Positions 39,295 to 49,286 are shown, counted from the stretch's first letter. The stretch is DNA of 64,000 nucleotides from an uncultured Acidobacteriota bacterium (GCA_963805975.1 CAWDVR010000002.1:1125955-1189954); one strand, 5' to 3'. The notes: generated from the letters alone by a model not told the origin. Program-made: numbers and translations.

Positions 39295-39515
39295 GTCGGA
39301 GCATGGCACCTCGGAGATCAGCACCCCGCCGGTCCGCCTCTTCCTCGCGTGCGCGACCGGACGCCGAGCTCTCTCCGGCGTCTCCGCTCCCTTTCCACGA
39401 AGCGAATCTTGTTTCCTCCTCTGCCCGGGAGCCGACCGCTGGCAGTATCGGGAGAGGAAACTTTTGACGGGTCCTAACCAGACGGATCGATGGCGAGCGC
39501 CTCGAGCGAGCGGCC

Positions 39516-39956
39516 GTGCCCTTGTCTGACTTCTCCTCTGGCACGTACATTCGCCCGGTGCAAGCACTGGATCCGATGCGGCTCGCGATGCGCCTGTTGC
39601 GCGAGCGCCGGGGCCTGAGCCAGAACGAGCTGGCCAAGAAGGCCGGGGTTGGCAAGGCTCGTATCTCCTGCTACGAGAACGGCCGGGAGCAGCCGACCTT
39701 CGCCACCATCGAGAAGCTGCTCCGGGCTCTCGACACCCACCGTCTCGCGCTCTTTCTCCTGGCCGAGCTCCTCGAGCCGGCGAACACCTTCCTGTCCACG
39801 CAGCCGGGTGCACTCCCCGCCCCGCGATCGACCCCCGTGAGCCTACAGATGCTCGGTGCGCTGCGCTCCAATCTCGAGGCCGCGGTGAAGCTGATCGCCG
39901 CTCTGGAGCAGAGCGTCGTCGAGCTTCCACCGGGCCGCCAGCTCGGCGAGAGCTGA
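39516..39956 (+). CDS. XRE-family helix-turn-helix transcriptional regulator (paralogue 2)
   Basis: 146 aa with a GTG start. The HTH is QNELAKKAGVGKARISCYENG. About 50% of the N-terminal ~100 aa is identical to paralogue 1, including the upstream DNA motif ctggatccgatgcgg. Confidence 0.6.
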   Translation: MPLSDFSSGTYIRPVQALDPMRLAMRLLRERRGLSQNELAKKAGVGKARISCYENGREQPTFATIEKLLRALDTHRLALFLLAELLEPANTFLSTQPGALPAPRSTPVSLQMLGALRSNLEAAVKLIAALEQSVVELPPGRQLGES

Positions 39957-39974
39957 CGGCGACAGCGCTCCTCC

Positions 39975-42900
39975 CTACCGGAACGAGAACCTGGCCCCCA
40001 GCCGCAGGATCCTCGGCGGGAGGACTTCGACCACCCAGTTGCCGCCGAGAGCGCGGATGTCGGTGACCTCACCGGTTCTCACGTCGGTCTGCAGGGCGGA
40101 GACTGCGCTCGCGCGCTGGAGAACGTAGGACTCGTTGGTCAGGTTGAAGGCCTCGAGGCTCAGGGTGAGCCGCGAGTCCTTGATCTTGATCTCCTTGTCG
40201 ATACGGGCCGAGAGCAGGTGGACGTCCGAGAGGCGGTACTCGTCCAGGTCGTTGCCGAGCAGCACCTGGCGCCGGGCGAGCGGGTCGCGGCGCGGGTTGA
40301 CCGGGACGTTGTAGGGGACGGGAAAGCCCTCGCGGCCGAAGAGGTTGGCCGCGACGTTGAAGCCCCAGTGCTTTTCGGGCGCGATCTGGTAGAGAGCCGA
40401 CAGGTCGTAGGACCAGCCGCTGTTGACGAAGACATTGCCGCGGACTCCCTGGGTGCTCGCACTGCCGATCACCACCGGGCTGCCGTCGATGGTGTCGCCG
40501 GGAAGGAGCAGGGTCGGGTCTTCCCGCTCGCTGTCCGGCACGCTCCATTGCCAGTCGCTCCAGGTCGCGTGGCCGCGCAGCAGCCACTGGTTCGAGAGGC
40601 GCTTGTGGGCCGTCAAGCTGACGCCCAGGTAGTCTTGCTCGCGGTCCCCGTTCTCACGGTAGACGCCGCCGAAGGTGGTGAGCTCCGGCCTCAGGCGATA
40701 GACCGGCACCGAGAACGCCGTGCCGTCCGGCAGGCTGCCCTCGACGATCCAGCCGACCTCGTAGTCGTCCCGCCGGTGGGGGCGGCCGATCGAGCCGGGA
40801 GGCGCGTCGGGATCGACGATCAGCCGTTCCTGGTCCTCGATGTCGGTGTAGCGGCGAGCGGTGAGCGAGAGACCGAGCACCAGCTCCGGCCGCAGGGCAT
40901 GCTCGACGGCGAAGGTCAGCTCCTGGGTGGTGGGGGCCTTGATGTCGGGATCGACGGCGTTGACCGTGCCGCGCGTCGGGAAGTCCGGATCGACGCCGAT
41001 AAAGCTGAAGAACGGCCCCACCTCGTCGCGGGTCAGGTCGAGATCGGCGTTGTAGTCGTACCAGTAGAAGTAACCGTACTGCGCGTTGCCCGGGCTGGTG
41101 GTGTAGATGCCGTTGTCGTCGAGCTGGTCGGCGAAGTGCGCGTAGCTCGCCCGCAGCAGGGTCTTGTCCTCCTTGCCCAGCGCGTAGGTGAGGCCGAGGC
41201 GCGGAGTGACCGACTCCCATTCGAATCCGGCGTCGCTCTCCGGAAAGCTGCCACCGACGAGCACGCCGCCGGTGATCGGCGCCGGGTCGAGAGTGATCGC
41301 CTTGTTCTTACCGCGTTGGAGGTCGTAGCGCAGGCCGACGTTGGCGGTCAGGTCCCCGAAGGCGAGCGTGTCCTGGAGGTAGACGTGGGTGGCCTCCACA
41401 CGGTCGCGGTAGTTCGAGCCGCTGGTGATGAAGCCAAAATAGACGTCCTCTGCGATCTCCTGGTTGGCGAAGCCCACTGCCTGGAGGCCGGGCCAGGCGG
41501 AGGTCGATTCGATGTCGGTGCGGCGGTAGCCGGTGCCGAAGCGCAGCTCGTGGTTGACGTTGCCGGTCGGGAAGAAATAGTTGCCCTCGAGCTTGATCTG
41601 CGACTGCGGGCGCTCGGTCTGGTAGGCCAGGAAGCTGTTGCGCCAGCCGCCGTCCGGGCCGATCACCACGCTCGGCGCGTTCGGGTCACCGATGCCGCCG
41701 CCCTGGGGCAACAGGTCGAACTGGCTCTCCACTTGCGAGACGTTCGCGGTCAGGTAGAAGTCCTTGCCGAAGAGCTGGCTCTGCTCCAGCTTGTAGATCG
41801 GGGTGGGAGAGCGGCGGTCGACGCTCGTTTCCGGCGGCCGGAAAGGGCCGGCGTCCTGGCCGAGGCGGATCAGGTCGCTGAAATGGTAGTAGAACGAGCC
41901 GGAGCTGTTGGGCGAGAACTGTGTGCTGAGCTTGACCGAGCGGTTCTCGATATCCGAGTTGTCGGGGTAGTCGGAGATGGTCAGGAGATCGATCTCCTGC
42001 TGGCCCCAGGAGGCCCAGCCCCAGAGGTGCTCCTTGATCAGCGGGCCGCCGCCTTCGATGCCGTAGTCCTCGGTGGTGACGATCCGGTTGCCCTGGCGGA
42101 ACGTCTCCTGCTGGGTGTCCCTGTTCCAGGGGCCGGGTCCGCCCAGCTCGCCGGGGGTCAGCGAGAGGTCGGCCTGCCAGTCGTCGTCGGCATGGAAGAA
42201 GCGGGTCGAGAAGCGCCACTGGTTGGTGGCCCGCTTGGTGACCAGGTTGACGGTGGCGCCGGCGGTGGCGAGCGATGCGTCCGCGCCGCCGACCGAGACC
42301 TCGATGGCTTCGAAGGTGTCGAAGTCGTAGTAGGTGGAGGAGGCGCCGGAACCGACCATGTCGGTGATGGCGACGCCGTCCACCTGCCAGACGGTGTTCC
42401 TGGGGTCGGTGCCGGGGGAGACCACCTTCGCCTGCCGGGCGCCCTCGCTGCCGGCCACGTTGATGCGGTCGAGGATCACGCCGGGGGTCTGCTGCAGGAT
42501 CGCCCAGGGGTCGCGGTTGATGGGCAGCTTCTCGAGTTCCTCACGCGGCACGTTGAGGCCCTTGGTGACCATGCGCGTGTCGAGGATCGGGGACTCGGCC
42601 GTGACCACCACGCTGTCCTCCACCTGCTGCGCGGAGGCGACCTCGAACACGTTCAGCAGCTTGATCTCGAGCTCCAGGTTGCGGCTCACCTGCACGTTCA
42701 GGTTGCGGTGCTCGAGCGAGGTGAAGTTCTCGCGCTCGGCCAGCACCTGGTAGAGGCCCGGCGCCAGGCCCAGGAATCGGAAGCCGCCGTCCTCGCCGGT
42801 GGTCTTGACCTGCGGCGGGCCCTGGCTCCCGAGCGTCACGGTGACGCCCGCCATGGGCTTGCCCTGCGAGTCGACCACCCGGCCGAGGAGGTTGCCGGTC

Positions 42901-43016
42901 TGCTGCTGGGCTTCGGTGGTCGGTGCTGCCAGGGCAGCGGCAAGACCGAGCCAGGCGAGGACGAGCGAGGGCTTGAGGGTGCGCACCAGGGCCTCCTTCG
43001 TACGAGCGGGTGTCAT
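39975..43016 (-). CDS. TonB-dependent outer-membrane receptor with an N-terminal carboxypeptidase-regulatory-like domain
   Basis: 1013 aa with a signal peptide. The CarboxypepD_reg-like start is GNLLGRVVDSQGKPMAGVTVTL...GGFRFLGLAPGLY. The plug/barrel region has TonB-box-like features (DSVVVTA). The C-terminus is aromatic (RFSFR). Confidence 0.8.
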   Translation of the reverse strand: MTPARTKEALVRTLKPSLVLAWLGLAAALAAPTTEAQQQTGNLLGRVVDSQGKPMAGVTVTLGSQGPPQVKTTGEDGGFRFLGLAPGLYQVLAERENFTSLEHRNLNVQVSRNLELEIKLLNVFEVASAQQVEDSVVVTAESPILDTRMVTKGLNVPREELEKLPINRDPWAILQQTPGVILDRINVAGSEGARQAKVVSPGTDPRNTVWQVDGVAITDMVGSGASSTYYDFDTFEAIEVSVGGADASLATAGATVNLVTKRATNQWRFSTRFFHADDDWQADLSLTPGELGGPGPWNRDTQQETFRQGNRIVTTEDYGIEGGGPLIKEHLWGWASWGQQEIDLLTISDYPDNSDIENRSVKLSTQFSPNSSGSFYYHFSDLIRLGQDAGPFRPPETSVDRRSPTPIYKLEQSQLFGKDFYLTANVSQVESQFDLLPQGGGIGDPNAPSVVIGPDGGWRNSFLAYQTERPQSQIKLEGNYFFPTGNVNHELRFGTGYRRTDIESTSAWPGLQAVGFANQEIAEDVYFGFITSGSNYRDRVEATHVYLQDTLAFGDLTANVGLRYDLQRGKNKAITLDPAPITGGVLVGGSFPESDAGFEWESVTPRLGLTYALGKEDKTLLRASYAHFADQLDDNGIYTTSPGNAQYGYFYWYDYNADLDLTRDEVGPFFSFIGVDPDFPTRGTVNAVDPDIKAPTTQELTFAVEHALRPELVLGLSLTARRYTDIEDQERLIVDPDAPPGSIGRPHRRDDYEVGWIVEGSLPDGTAFSVPVYRLRPELTTFGGVYRENGDREQDYLGVSLTAHKRLSNQWLLRGHATWSDWQWSVPDSEREDPTLLLPGDTIDGSPVVIGSASTQGVRGNVFVNSGWSYDLSALYQIAPEKHWGFNVAANLFGREGFPVPYNVPVNPRRDPLARRQVLLGNDLDEYRLSDVHLLSARIDKEIKIKDSRLTLSLEAFNLTNESYVLQRASAVSALQTDVRTGEVTDIRALGGNWVVEVLPPRILRLGARFSFR

Positions 43017-43069
43017 TGGACTAACTCTTCCCTAAGATGCGTCATCCCCCCCCAAAGCGTGTCTAACCG

Positions 43070-43576
43070 CTATCTCGCAACTCGCCGGCGGCGCAGGATG
43101 GGAAGGAAGAAGAGGTAGAGGCCGGTGAGCCACAGCAGCAGCAGGACCACGCCGGCGGGCAGGAAGATCCCCAGCTTCACCCAGCGGTGGAAAAAAGAGC
43201 CGTCGTGGATCGCCTCGATCAGGTCCGAGCGCCGGTAGGCCACCTGCAGGACCTCGCCGGTCGCGGAATCGATCTGGATCTCCCAGCCGGTCTTCGCCCA
43301 CACCTTGAGCATGCCCTTCGAGGGCCGCACGTCCACGCGCTGGATGTCCTCCCAGGTGCGGACCTCTCCTTCGGGGACCCGGCTCGCGATCTCGACGATC
43401 TCCGCCAGCGACAGCGCCGGCGCGCCGCCAGAGCCCGCGCGCTCCGGGGGCTGCACCCACGGGAGCTGCTTTTTCAACTGCAGCAGGATGCCGCTCGCGA
43501 TCATCACCAGCAGGGGCACGGCCACGAAAATCGACAGCCAGTGATGGACTTTCCGATTGAGAAGCTGGAACTTCAT
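43070..43576 (-). CDS. PepSY-associated TM helix (PiuB-like) membrane protein
   Basis: 168 aa with an AGGAGG RBS. HHWLSIFVAVPLLVMIASGILL is the PepSY-TM signature, and there is a second TM helix at the C-terminus. It lies 54 bp upstream of the TonB-receptor gene on the same strand. Confidence 0.7.
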   Translation of the reverse strand: MKFQLLNRKVHHWLSIFVAVPLLVMIASGILLQLKKQLPWVQPPERAGSGGAPALSLAEIVEIASRVPEGEVRTWEDIQRVDVRPSKGMLKVWAKTGWEIQIDSATGEVLQVAYRRSDLIEAIHDGSFFHRWVKLGIFLPAGVVLLLLWLTGLYLFFLPILRRRRVAR

Positions 43577-43658
43577 CGCGGCTCGGCCCTCCTACAGGAA
43601 TAGGAGGATATCCCAGCCTCGTCGCTGGCCCCTCGAGCCGCCACGATAGACTTCCTCG

Positions 43659-46600
43659 GTGAGCGATCCGGTGTGGAAAGACGCCGCGCGCGTGCTGCGC
43701 TCGAGCGCTGTCTTCGAGGCGCTGGCGGTACACCTCGGCCGTGCTTCGGCCGCGGAGCTGGTGCGCCTGCCGTTGCCGGCCGCGGCCTGGGTCGCCGAGC
43801 TCCTGTCCGAGGACACGGGCCGCCCGCTCCTCGCTGTGGTGCCGGGCGAGGCCGATGCGCTCGCCTGGCTCGAGGCGGCGGAGCTCTTCGGCAGCGCCGA
43901 ACGGGGCGCCGCCGTCTACTTCCCCGGGCCGTCGCTCTCGCCCTACCAGGAGGCGGAGACCTCTCTCCTGGTGCGCGCGCAGGAGGCGGTGGCGCTCGAC
44001 GCGCTGGCCGGCGGGCGAGCCCGCACCGTGGTCTCCACTCCGCGGGCCCTCTTCCGCTTGCTGCCGGAGAGAGAAGCCTTCCGCGCCGCCGTGCTCGACA
44101 TCCGAGCCGGCGAGGAACGGCCGATCGAAGAGCTGGCCCTCCACCTGGTGACCCACGGCTACCGCCGTTCGGACCTGGTGGCCGAAGTCGGCGACTTCGC
44201 GGTGCGCGGCGGCGTCTTCGATCTCTTCCCGCCGGGTGAAGAGCTGCCGCTGCGGCTCGATCTCTTCGGCGACACCGTGGAATCGATCCGTGCTTTCGAC
44301 CCGCTCTCGCAGCGCTCGCAGGAAACGCGCGCCACGGCGCGGGTGCTGCCGCTGGCGCTCTTCCCCGCGGGGCCACGGGAAGCGGAACGGCTGGCCGATC
44401 TCCTGGCGGAGACCCTGGGCACCGCGGCCGGCGGCGAGGCCGGCGAGCGGCTGGCGGACCTGCGCGGTCGGGGCGGCTTCGCCGGCTGGGAGAACCTGCT
44501 GCCGCTGCTCTTCGGAGCGCAGACCGCCCTGCCCGAGCTGCTGGCGAACCCGCTCCTGGTGGCCGTCGATCCCGCGACCCTGGCGCGCGAGATCGAGCAC
44601 CACGCGGAGGTGCTGGCCGTCGAGTTCGGCTCGCGCCGCGAGCACGGCCGTTTCGCTCTGCCGCCGGAGCTCGTCGAGCAGACGGCGGAACGCGTCCAGG
44701 GCCTGCTCGACGCCGCCAGCCTGCGCGTGACCGACCTGATCTCCGCTCCGGCCGAGCGCGAGGTGATCGACTTCCACGCCAGCTCGACCGATCTCTTCCA
44801 GGGCCAGCTCCCCCGCTTCCCCCGCGAGGTGGAGACCGCCCGCGCCCGCGGTGAGCGCTGCCTGCTGGTGGCCAACCCCGGTCACCGCGAGCGGCTGGCG
44901 GAGCTCCTCGCCGGCCGCGACGTGCCGCTCGGTCGGGGCGGCGTCGAGATCGTCCCCGGCGAGCTCGGGCGCGGCTTCCGCCTGCCGGCGGCCGGGGTCG
45001 CGGTCTACGGCGAGCAGCAGATCCTTCCCCGCCGCGCCCCCCTGGGCAAGAGCCCCAAGTCCCGCTTCGGGCCGTTCGTCTCGAGCCTGCGGGACTTGAA
45101 GGTGGGGGACTTCGTGGTCCACTCGGATCACGGCATTGCACAGTTCGTGGCCCTGCGCAGCGTGGGCGGCGACGCCAGCGCCCGGAAAAACCTGCCGCCC
45201 GAGCTGGCCGTGATGTTCCCGGCCGAGACCCCGGTCGAGGTGATGGAGCTCGCCTACGCTGCAGGCAAGCGCCTGCTCGTCCCCCTGGACCGCCTCGACC
45301 TGATCCAGAAGTACAGCGGCATCGAGGGGCTGGCGCCGAAGCTCGATCAGTTGGGCGGCACCTCCTGGAACAAGACCAAGAGCCGCATCAAGAAGAGCAT
45401 GCGCGACATGGCGGGCGAGCTGCTGAAGCTCTACGCCGAGCGCCAGCTCGCCCAGGCGCCGGTGATGCCGCCGGACTCCGACCTCCAGCGGCAGGTCGAG
45501 GCCGCCTTCGCCTACGAGGAGAGCACCGACCAGCTCGACGCCATCGCCGCCATCAAGGCGGACCTCGAGGGCGAGCGGCCGATGGACCGCCTGCTGTGCG
45601 GCGACGTGGGCTACGGCAAGACCGAGGTCGCCATGCGCGCCGCCTTCAAGGCGGTGGACTCCGGCTACCAGGTGGCGGTGCTGGCCCCCACCACCATCCT
45701 CGCCGACCAGCACCTCTCGACCTTTCGCCGCCGTTTCGAGGGCTTCCCGGTCACTGTCGAGATGATCTCTCGCTTCCGCACCCCGGCCGAGGTGCGCGAG
45801 ATCAAGAAGCGCGCGGCCGAGGGCAAGGTCGACATCCTGGTGGGCACCCATCGCCTGCTGTCCAAGGACATCAAGCTGCCGCGGCTCGGGCTTCTGGTGG
45901 TCGACGAGGAGCAGCGCTTCGGCGTGGCGCAGAAGGAGCGGCTGAAGCAGCTCAAGAAGGACGTCCACGTGCTCGCCATGTCGGCGACGCCGGTGCCCCG
46001 CACCCTGCAGCTCTCGCTCGCCGGGGTGCGCGACATGTCGGTCATCGAAACGCCGCCCAAGGACCGCATGGCTGTCGAGACCGCGATCCTGCCCTTCTCG
46101 TCCGACCTGATCCGCGAGGCGATCGAGTTCGAGATCGAACGCGGCGGCCAGGTGTATTACGTCTACAACCGCGTCGAGAACATCGAACGCATGCTGACCA
46201 CGCTCAAGGAGATCGTGCCCCGGGCGCGCATCACCGTGGGACACGGCCAGCTCGACGAGCGCGAGCTGGCCCGGCGCATGCATGCCTTCACCGCGCGCGA
46301 GTTCGACGTGCTGCTCGCCACCACCATCATCGAGAACGGGATCGACATCCCCAACGTCAACACCATGGTCATCCACCGCGCCGACCGCTTCGGCCTGGCC
46401 CAGCTCTACCAGCTCCGCGGGCGCGTCGGTCGGAGCAACCAGCTCGCCTACTGCTATCTGCTGGTGGAGCGCGACCGCGTGCTGTCGGAGACGGCGAGGA
46501 AGAGGCTGGCGGCGATCCGCGAGTTCACCGACCTCGGGGCCGGTTTCCGCATCGCCGCCCGCGACCTCGAGATCCGCGGTGCGGGCAACCTCCTGGGCGC

Positions 46601-47165
46601 CGAGCAGAGCGGTCACATCGCGGCGGTGGGCATCGAGACCTACCTGAAGATGCTCGAGGAAACAGTGCGCGAGATGAAAGGCGAGGCCGTTCCGGAGGAA
46701 GGGCCGTCGACGGCGATCGATCTGCCGGTGCCGATGTCGATCCCCCACGGCTACATCGAGGATGCCAACCTGCGCATGGAGATCTATCGCCGGATCGCCG
46801 GCGGCGACGACACCGAGGAGGCGCTCGCCGCCGAGCTCGAGGACCGCTTCGGCCCGGTGCCGCCCGAGGTCCGCATGCTGGTGCGGGTCGGCGCCCTGAA
46901 GCGGCTGGCGGAGTCGCTGCGGGTGCAGTCCATCTCGGCCCGCAAGAGCGAGCCCCACAAGCAGGAACTGGTTATTCGCATGCGGCGCGACGCGCGGGTG
47001 GACGTGGACCGCCTGATCGACCTGGTCTCGACGCGGCCGGGCGCCTCGTTCAGCCCGACGGGCATCCTGACCGTCCCCACGGCCGGCGGCGAGGCGGCGC
47101 TCGAGACGGCCTTCGACACGCTCTCCGAGCTGGCCTCGCCGATGGTCGAGGAGCTGGTGAATTGA
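43659..47165 (+). CDS. mfd: transcription-repair coupling factor Mfd
   Basis: 1168 aa. It has a UvrB-homology N-terminus and an RNAP-interacting domain. The superfamily 2 helicase motifs are LLCGDVGYGKTEVA, DEEQRFGV and the QLRGRVGRS-type motif VI. A TRCF C-terminal domain is present. Confidence 0.95.
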   Translation: MSDPVWKDAARVLRSSAVFEALAVHLGRASAAELVRLPLPAAAWVAELLSEDTGRPLLAVVPGEADALAWLEAAELFGSAERGAAVYFPGPSLSPYQEAETSLLVRAQEAVALDALAGGRARTVVSTPRALFRLLPEREAFRAAVLDIRAGEERPIEELALHLVTHGYRRSDLVAEVGDFAVRGGVFDLFPPGEELPLRLDLFGDTVESIRAFDPLSQRSQETRATARVLPLALFPAGPREAERLADLLAETLGTAAGGEAGERLADLRGRGGFAGWENLLPLLFGAQTALPELLANPLLVAVDPATLAREIEHHAEVLAVEFGSRREHGRFALPPELVEQTAERVQGLLDAASLRVTDLISAPAEREVIDFHASSTDLFQGQLPRFPREVETARARGERCLLVANPGHRERLAELLAGRDVPLGRGGVEIVPGELGRGFRLPAAGVAVYGEQQILPRRAPLGKSPKSRFGPFVSSLRDLKVGDFVVHSDHGIAQFVALRSVGGDASARKNLPPELAVMFPAETPVEVMELAYAAGKRLLVPLDRLDLIQKYSGIEGLAPKLDQLGGTSWNKTKSRIKKSMRDMAGELLKLYAERQLAQAPVMPPDSDLQRQVEAAFAYEESTDQLDAIAAIKADLEGERPMDRLLCGDVGYGKTEVAMRAAFKAVDSGYQVAVLAPTTILADQHLSTFRRRFEGFPVTVEMISRFRTPAEVREIKKRAAEGKVDILVGTHRLLSKDIKLPRLGLLVVDEEQRFGVAQKERLKQLKKDVHVLAMSATPVPRTLQLSLAGVRDMSVIETPPKDRMAVETAILPFSSDLIREAIEFEIERGGQVYYVYNRVENIERMLTTLKEIVPRARITVGHGQLDERELARRMHAFTAREFDVLLATTIIENGIDIPNVNTMVIHRADRFGLAQLYQLRGRVGRSNQLAYCYLLVERDRVLSETARKRLAAIREFTDLGAGFRIAARDLEIRGAGNLLGAEQSGHIAAVGIETYLKMLEETVREMKGEAVPEEGPSTAIDLPVPMSIPHGYIEDANLRMEIYRRIAGGDDTEEALAAELEDRFGPVPPEVRMLVRVGALKRLAESLRVQSISARKSEPHKQELVIRMRRDARVDVDRLIDLVSTRPGASFSPTGILTVPTAGGEAALETAFDTLSELASPMVEELVN

Positions 47166-47176
47166 GCGCACGCAGC

Positions 47177-47280
47177 GCCCCTCACCCTAGCCCTCTCCCC
47201 GCAAGCGGGGCGAGGGGACCGGAGCACGGTCGGGTGGCGCCCTCGCCCCGCGTCAGCGGGGAGAGGGTCGGGGTGAGGGG
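47177..47280. repeat. REP/MITE-like nested palindromic element, full copy
   Basis: The arms are gcccctcaccctagccctctccccgc-aagc-ggggcgagggg and ccctcgccccgc-gtca-gcggggagagggtcggggtgagggg, with a ~25-bp spacer. It lies between the mfd stop and the PPIase start, overlapping the GTG at 47273. Confidence 0.7.
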
Positions 47281-48100
47281 CGCTGCTCTGTGCGCCCTTC
47301 TCCTCCTCGCCTGCCAGCGCGCGCCGCGGCCGGACACGGTGCTGCAGCTCGGTCGGCGCGAAATCTCCTACACCGAGTTTCAGACCTACCTGGCACGCAA
47401 CCTGGGGTCGCTCAACGGGGGCGAGAGCGACAAGGAGCTGCCGAGCGAGGTGCTGTCCCAGCTCTTCGACCAGTTCGTCGAGGAGACCCTTCTCTCGCGG
47501 CTCGCCGTCGACAAGAAGCTCGCCCCCGAGGGCGCCGACAGCCGCACCGCGGTGCGCGAGCTGCTGGCCGAGAGCGCTTCGCCGCCGGCTTCGCAGACCG
47601 AGCTCGCCGCCTACTACGAGGAGCGCCGCACCGAGCTCACCCGCCCCGAGCGCGTCCACCTGCGCCAGATCCTGGTCGAGAAGCGCACCGATGCGGAGCA
47701 GGCGTTGCGCGAGGTCCGTGCCGGCGCCGATTTCGGTGAGGTGGCGAAGCGGCGCTCGACCGAGCCGTCGTCGGTGCGCGGCGGCGACCAGGGGGTGCTG
47801 GCGAGGAGCGACCTGCCGCCGGCTTTCGCCGAGGCGATCTTCTCTCTCGCCCCCGGCCAGGTGAGCGACATCGTGCCCGCCGACTACGGTTTCCATCTCT
47901 TCCAGGTGCTCGAGCGCCACCCCGCCCAGCAGCTCTCGCTGGACGAGGCCGGGCCGGAGCTTGCCGTCAACCTCGATCTCGAGCGCCGAGACCGCCGCCT
48001 GGCCGAGCTCGTGGCCACGGCCCGCGCCGAGTACAATCCGGTGATCTATGAGAAAAACCTGCCCTTCAACTACATCGGCCTCTATGCGTCTCCCGGCTGA
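47273..48100 (+). CDS. parvulin-type peptidyl-prolyl isomerase lipoprotein (PrsA/PpiC-like)
   Basis: About 275 aa from the GTG at 47273. The lipobox is LLLACQ. The parvulin domain reads VHLRQILV...GGDQGVLARSDLPPAFAEAIFSLAPGQVSDIVPADYGFHLFQV. Confidence 0.65.
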   Translation: MRGAALCALLLLACQRAPRPDTVLQLGRREISYTEFQTYLARNLGSLNGGESDKELPSEVLSQLFDQFVEETLLSRLAVDKKLAPEGADSRTAVRELLAESASPPASQTELAAYYEERRTELTRPERVHLRQILVEKRTDAEQALREVRAGADFGEVAKRRSTEPSSVRGGDQGVLARSDLPPAFAEAIFSLAPGQVSDIVPADYGFHLFQVLERHPAQQLSLDEAGPELAVNLDLERRDRRLAELVATARAEYNPVIYEKNLPFNYIGLYASPG

Positions 48101-49211
48101 CCGCCGGCCGGCTGTGCAACGGTTCCGGGTGCTCTGCCTGCTCGCCGTCGCGGCGCTGGCGAGCGCCGGCCCGGCCGCCGCCGAGGCGCTCAATCGCATC
48201 GTTCTGCAGGTCAACGGCCGCATTGCAACGCTCTACGAGTACGAGCAGAAGCTCTCCCTGCGGCGCGAGGCCCTGGAACGCTCGGACCTCGAGGTCGCCG
48301 CGAGGCAGCGTGCCCTCGAGCTGGCGCCGCAGGAGGTGATGCGCGACATCTACCAGGATCTGCTCCTGCTGTCGCGCGCCGACCAGCTCGACATCCGGGT
48401 CAGCCGCGAGGAGCTGGAACGCCTGATCGCCGAGGTGCGCGAAGCGAACAAGTTCACCGACGACGCGGAGCTGCGCCGCGCCATCGAGCAGAGCGGCAGC
48501 ACCTGGGAGACCTTCCGCGAGCAGCTCTCGGCCTCGGCGCGCTACCGGGAGCTGGTGGGCCGGGAGGTGCAGGGGCGGATCAGCCTCGAAGAGGACGACC
48601 TGCGCATGTTCTACCGCGACAACCCCGAGCTCTTCCGGGTGCCGGAAGAGCGGCAGCTCAAGGAGGTCGTGGTCTTCGACACCAGCGCGCTCTCGGCCGA
48701 CGCCAGGCTGCGCCTCGCCGAGGACATCCACCGCCGGATCGATGCCGGCGAGGATCCGGCGGCAATCGTCGCCGAGACCTCGGCCGCGGGCACCACCAGC
48801 GGCGTCATCGATCTCGACTGGGTGCCGCAGGGGGACCTCGATCCCGCGCTCGAACAGGCCGTCTCCGGCCTCGCGGTCGGCAGGTCGAGCGCCCCGATCA
48901 CGGCGCGCGGGGGCCTGCATGTGATCCAGCTCGTGGACCGCCACGAGGCGCGGATCCAGCCGTTCGAGGACGTGAAGGGTGCGATCGACCAGCGCGAGCG
49001 CGAGCGCCTGTTCGCCAAGGAGCTGCCGAAGTACATGGCGGAGCTCGAGCAGGCGTCCTACGTGGTGGAGAACCCGCCCCCGGAGGCGGTCGGCTTCCGC
49101 AAGGCCGACTCGACCGTCGACCCCACGGACCCGCTGAACGTCTTCCGCCGCAAGCCCGGCGACGGCGGCGAGCCGCAGGACGAGAAGAAGCCGGTCGAAG
49201 GCAAGCCCTAG
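48084..49211 (+). CDS. SurA-like periplasmic chaperone/PPIase (SurA N-terminal domain plus one parvulin domain)
   Basis: About 375 aa from the ATG at 48084. The signal peptide is MRLPADRRPAVQRFRVLCLLAVAALASAGPAAA. The parvulin domain reads EVVVFDT...GGLHVIQLV. It overlaps the upstream gene by 17 bp. Confidence 0.7.
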   Translation: MRLPADRRPAVQRFRVLCLLAVAALASAGPAAAEALNRIVLQVNGRIATLYEYEQKLSLRREALERSDLEVAARQRALELAPQEVMRDIYQDLLLLSRADQLDIRVSREELERLIAEVREANKFTDDAELRRAIEQSGSTWETFREQLSASARYRELVGREVQGRISLEEDDLRMFYRDNPELFRVPEERQLKEVVVFDTSALSADARLRLAEDIHRRIDAGEDPAAIVAETSAAGTTSGVIDLDWVPQGDLDPALEQAVSGLAVGRSSAPITARGGLHVIQLVDRHEARIQPFEDVKGAIDQRERERLFAKELPKYMAELEQASYVVENPPPEAVGFRKADSTVDPTDPLNVFRRKPGDGGEPQDEKKPVEGKP

Positions 49212-49243
49212 CAGCCCTCAGGCAGCACCCCCCTCACTCAGCT

Positions 49244-49286
49244 CCCCTCACCCTAACCCTCTCCCCGCTCTCGCGGGGCGAGGGAT
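49244..49286. repeat. REP/MITE-like element, half copy (one arm)
   Basis: cccctcaccctaaccctctccccgc-tctc-gcggggcgaggg, lying after the surA-like stop. Confidence 0.6.

Noticed and set aside
35894-39960. Mobile genetic element or integrated island around the ABC-F gene
   Set aside because: No integrase, transposase, terminal inverted repeats or tRNA boundary. Only duplicated XRE regulators and modestly lower GC are seen.
43032-47171. 1379-aa minus-strand ORF and 43573..45141 minus ORF
   Set aside because: Antisense to mfd, which has unmistakable helicase motifs. GC-driven open frame.
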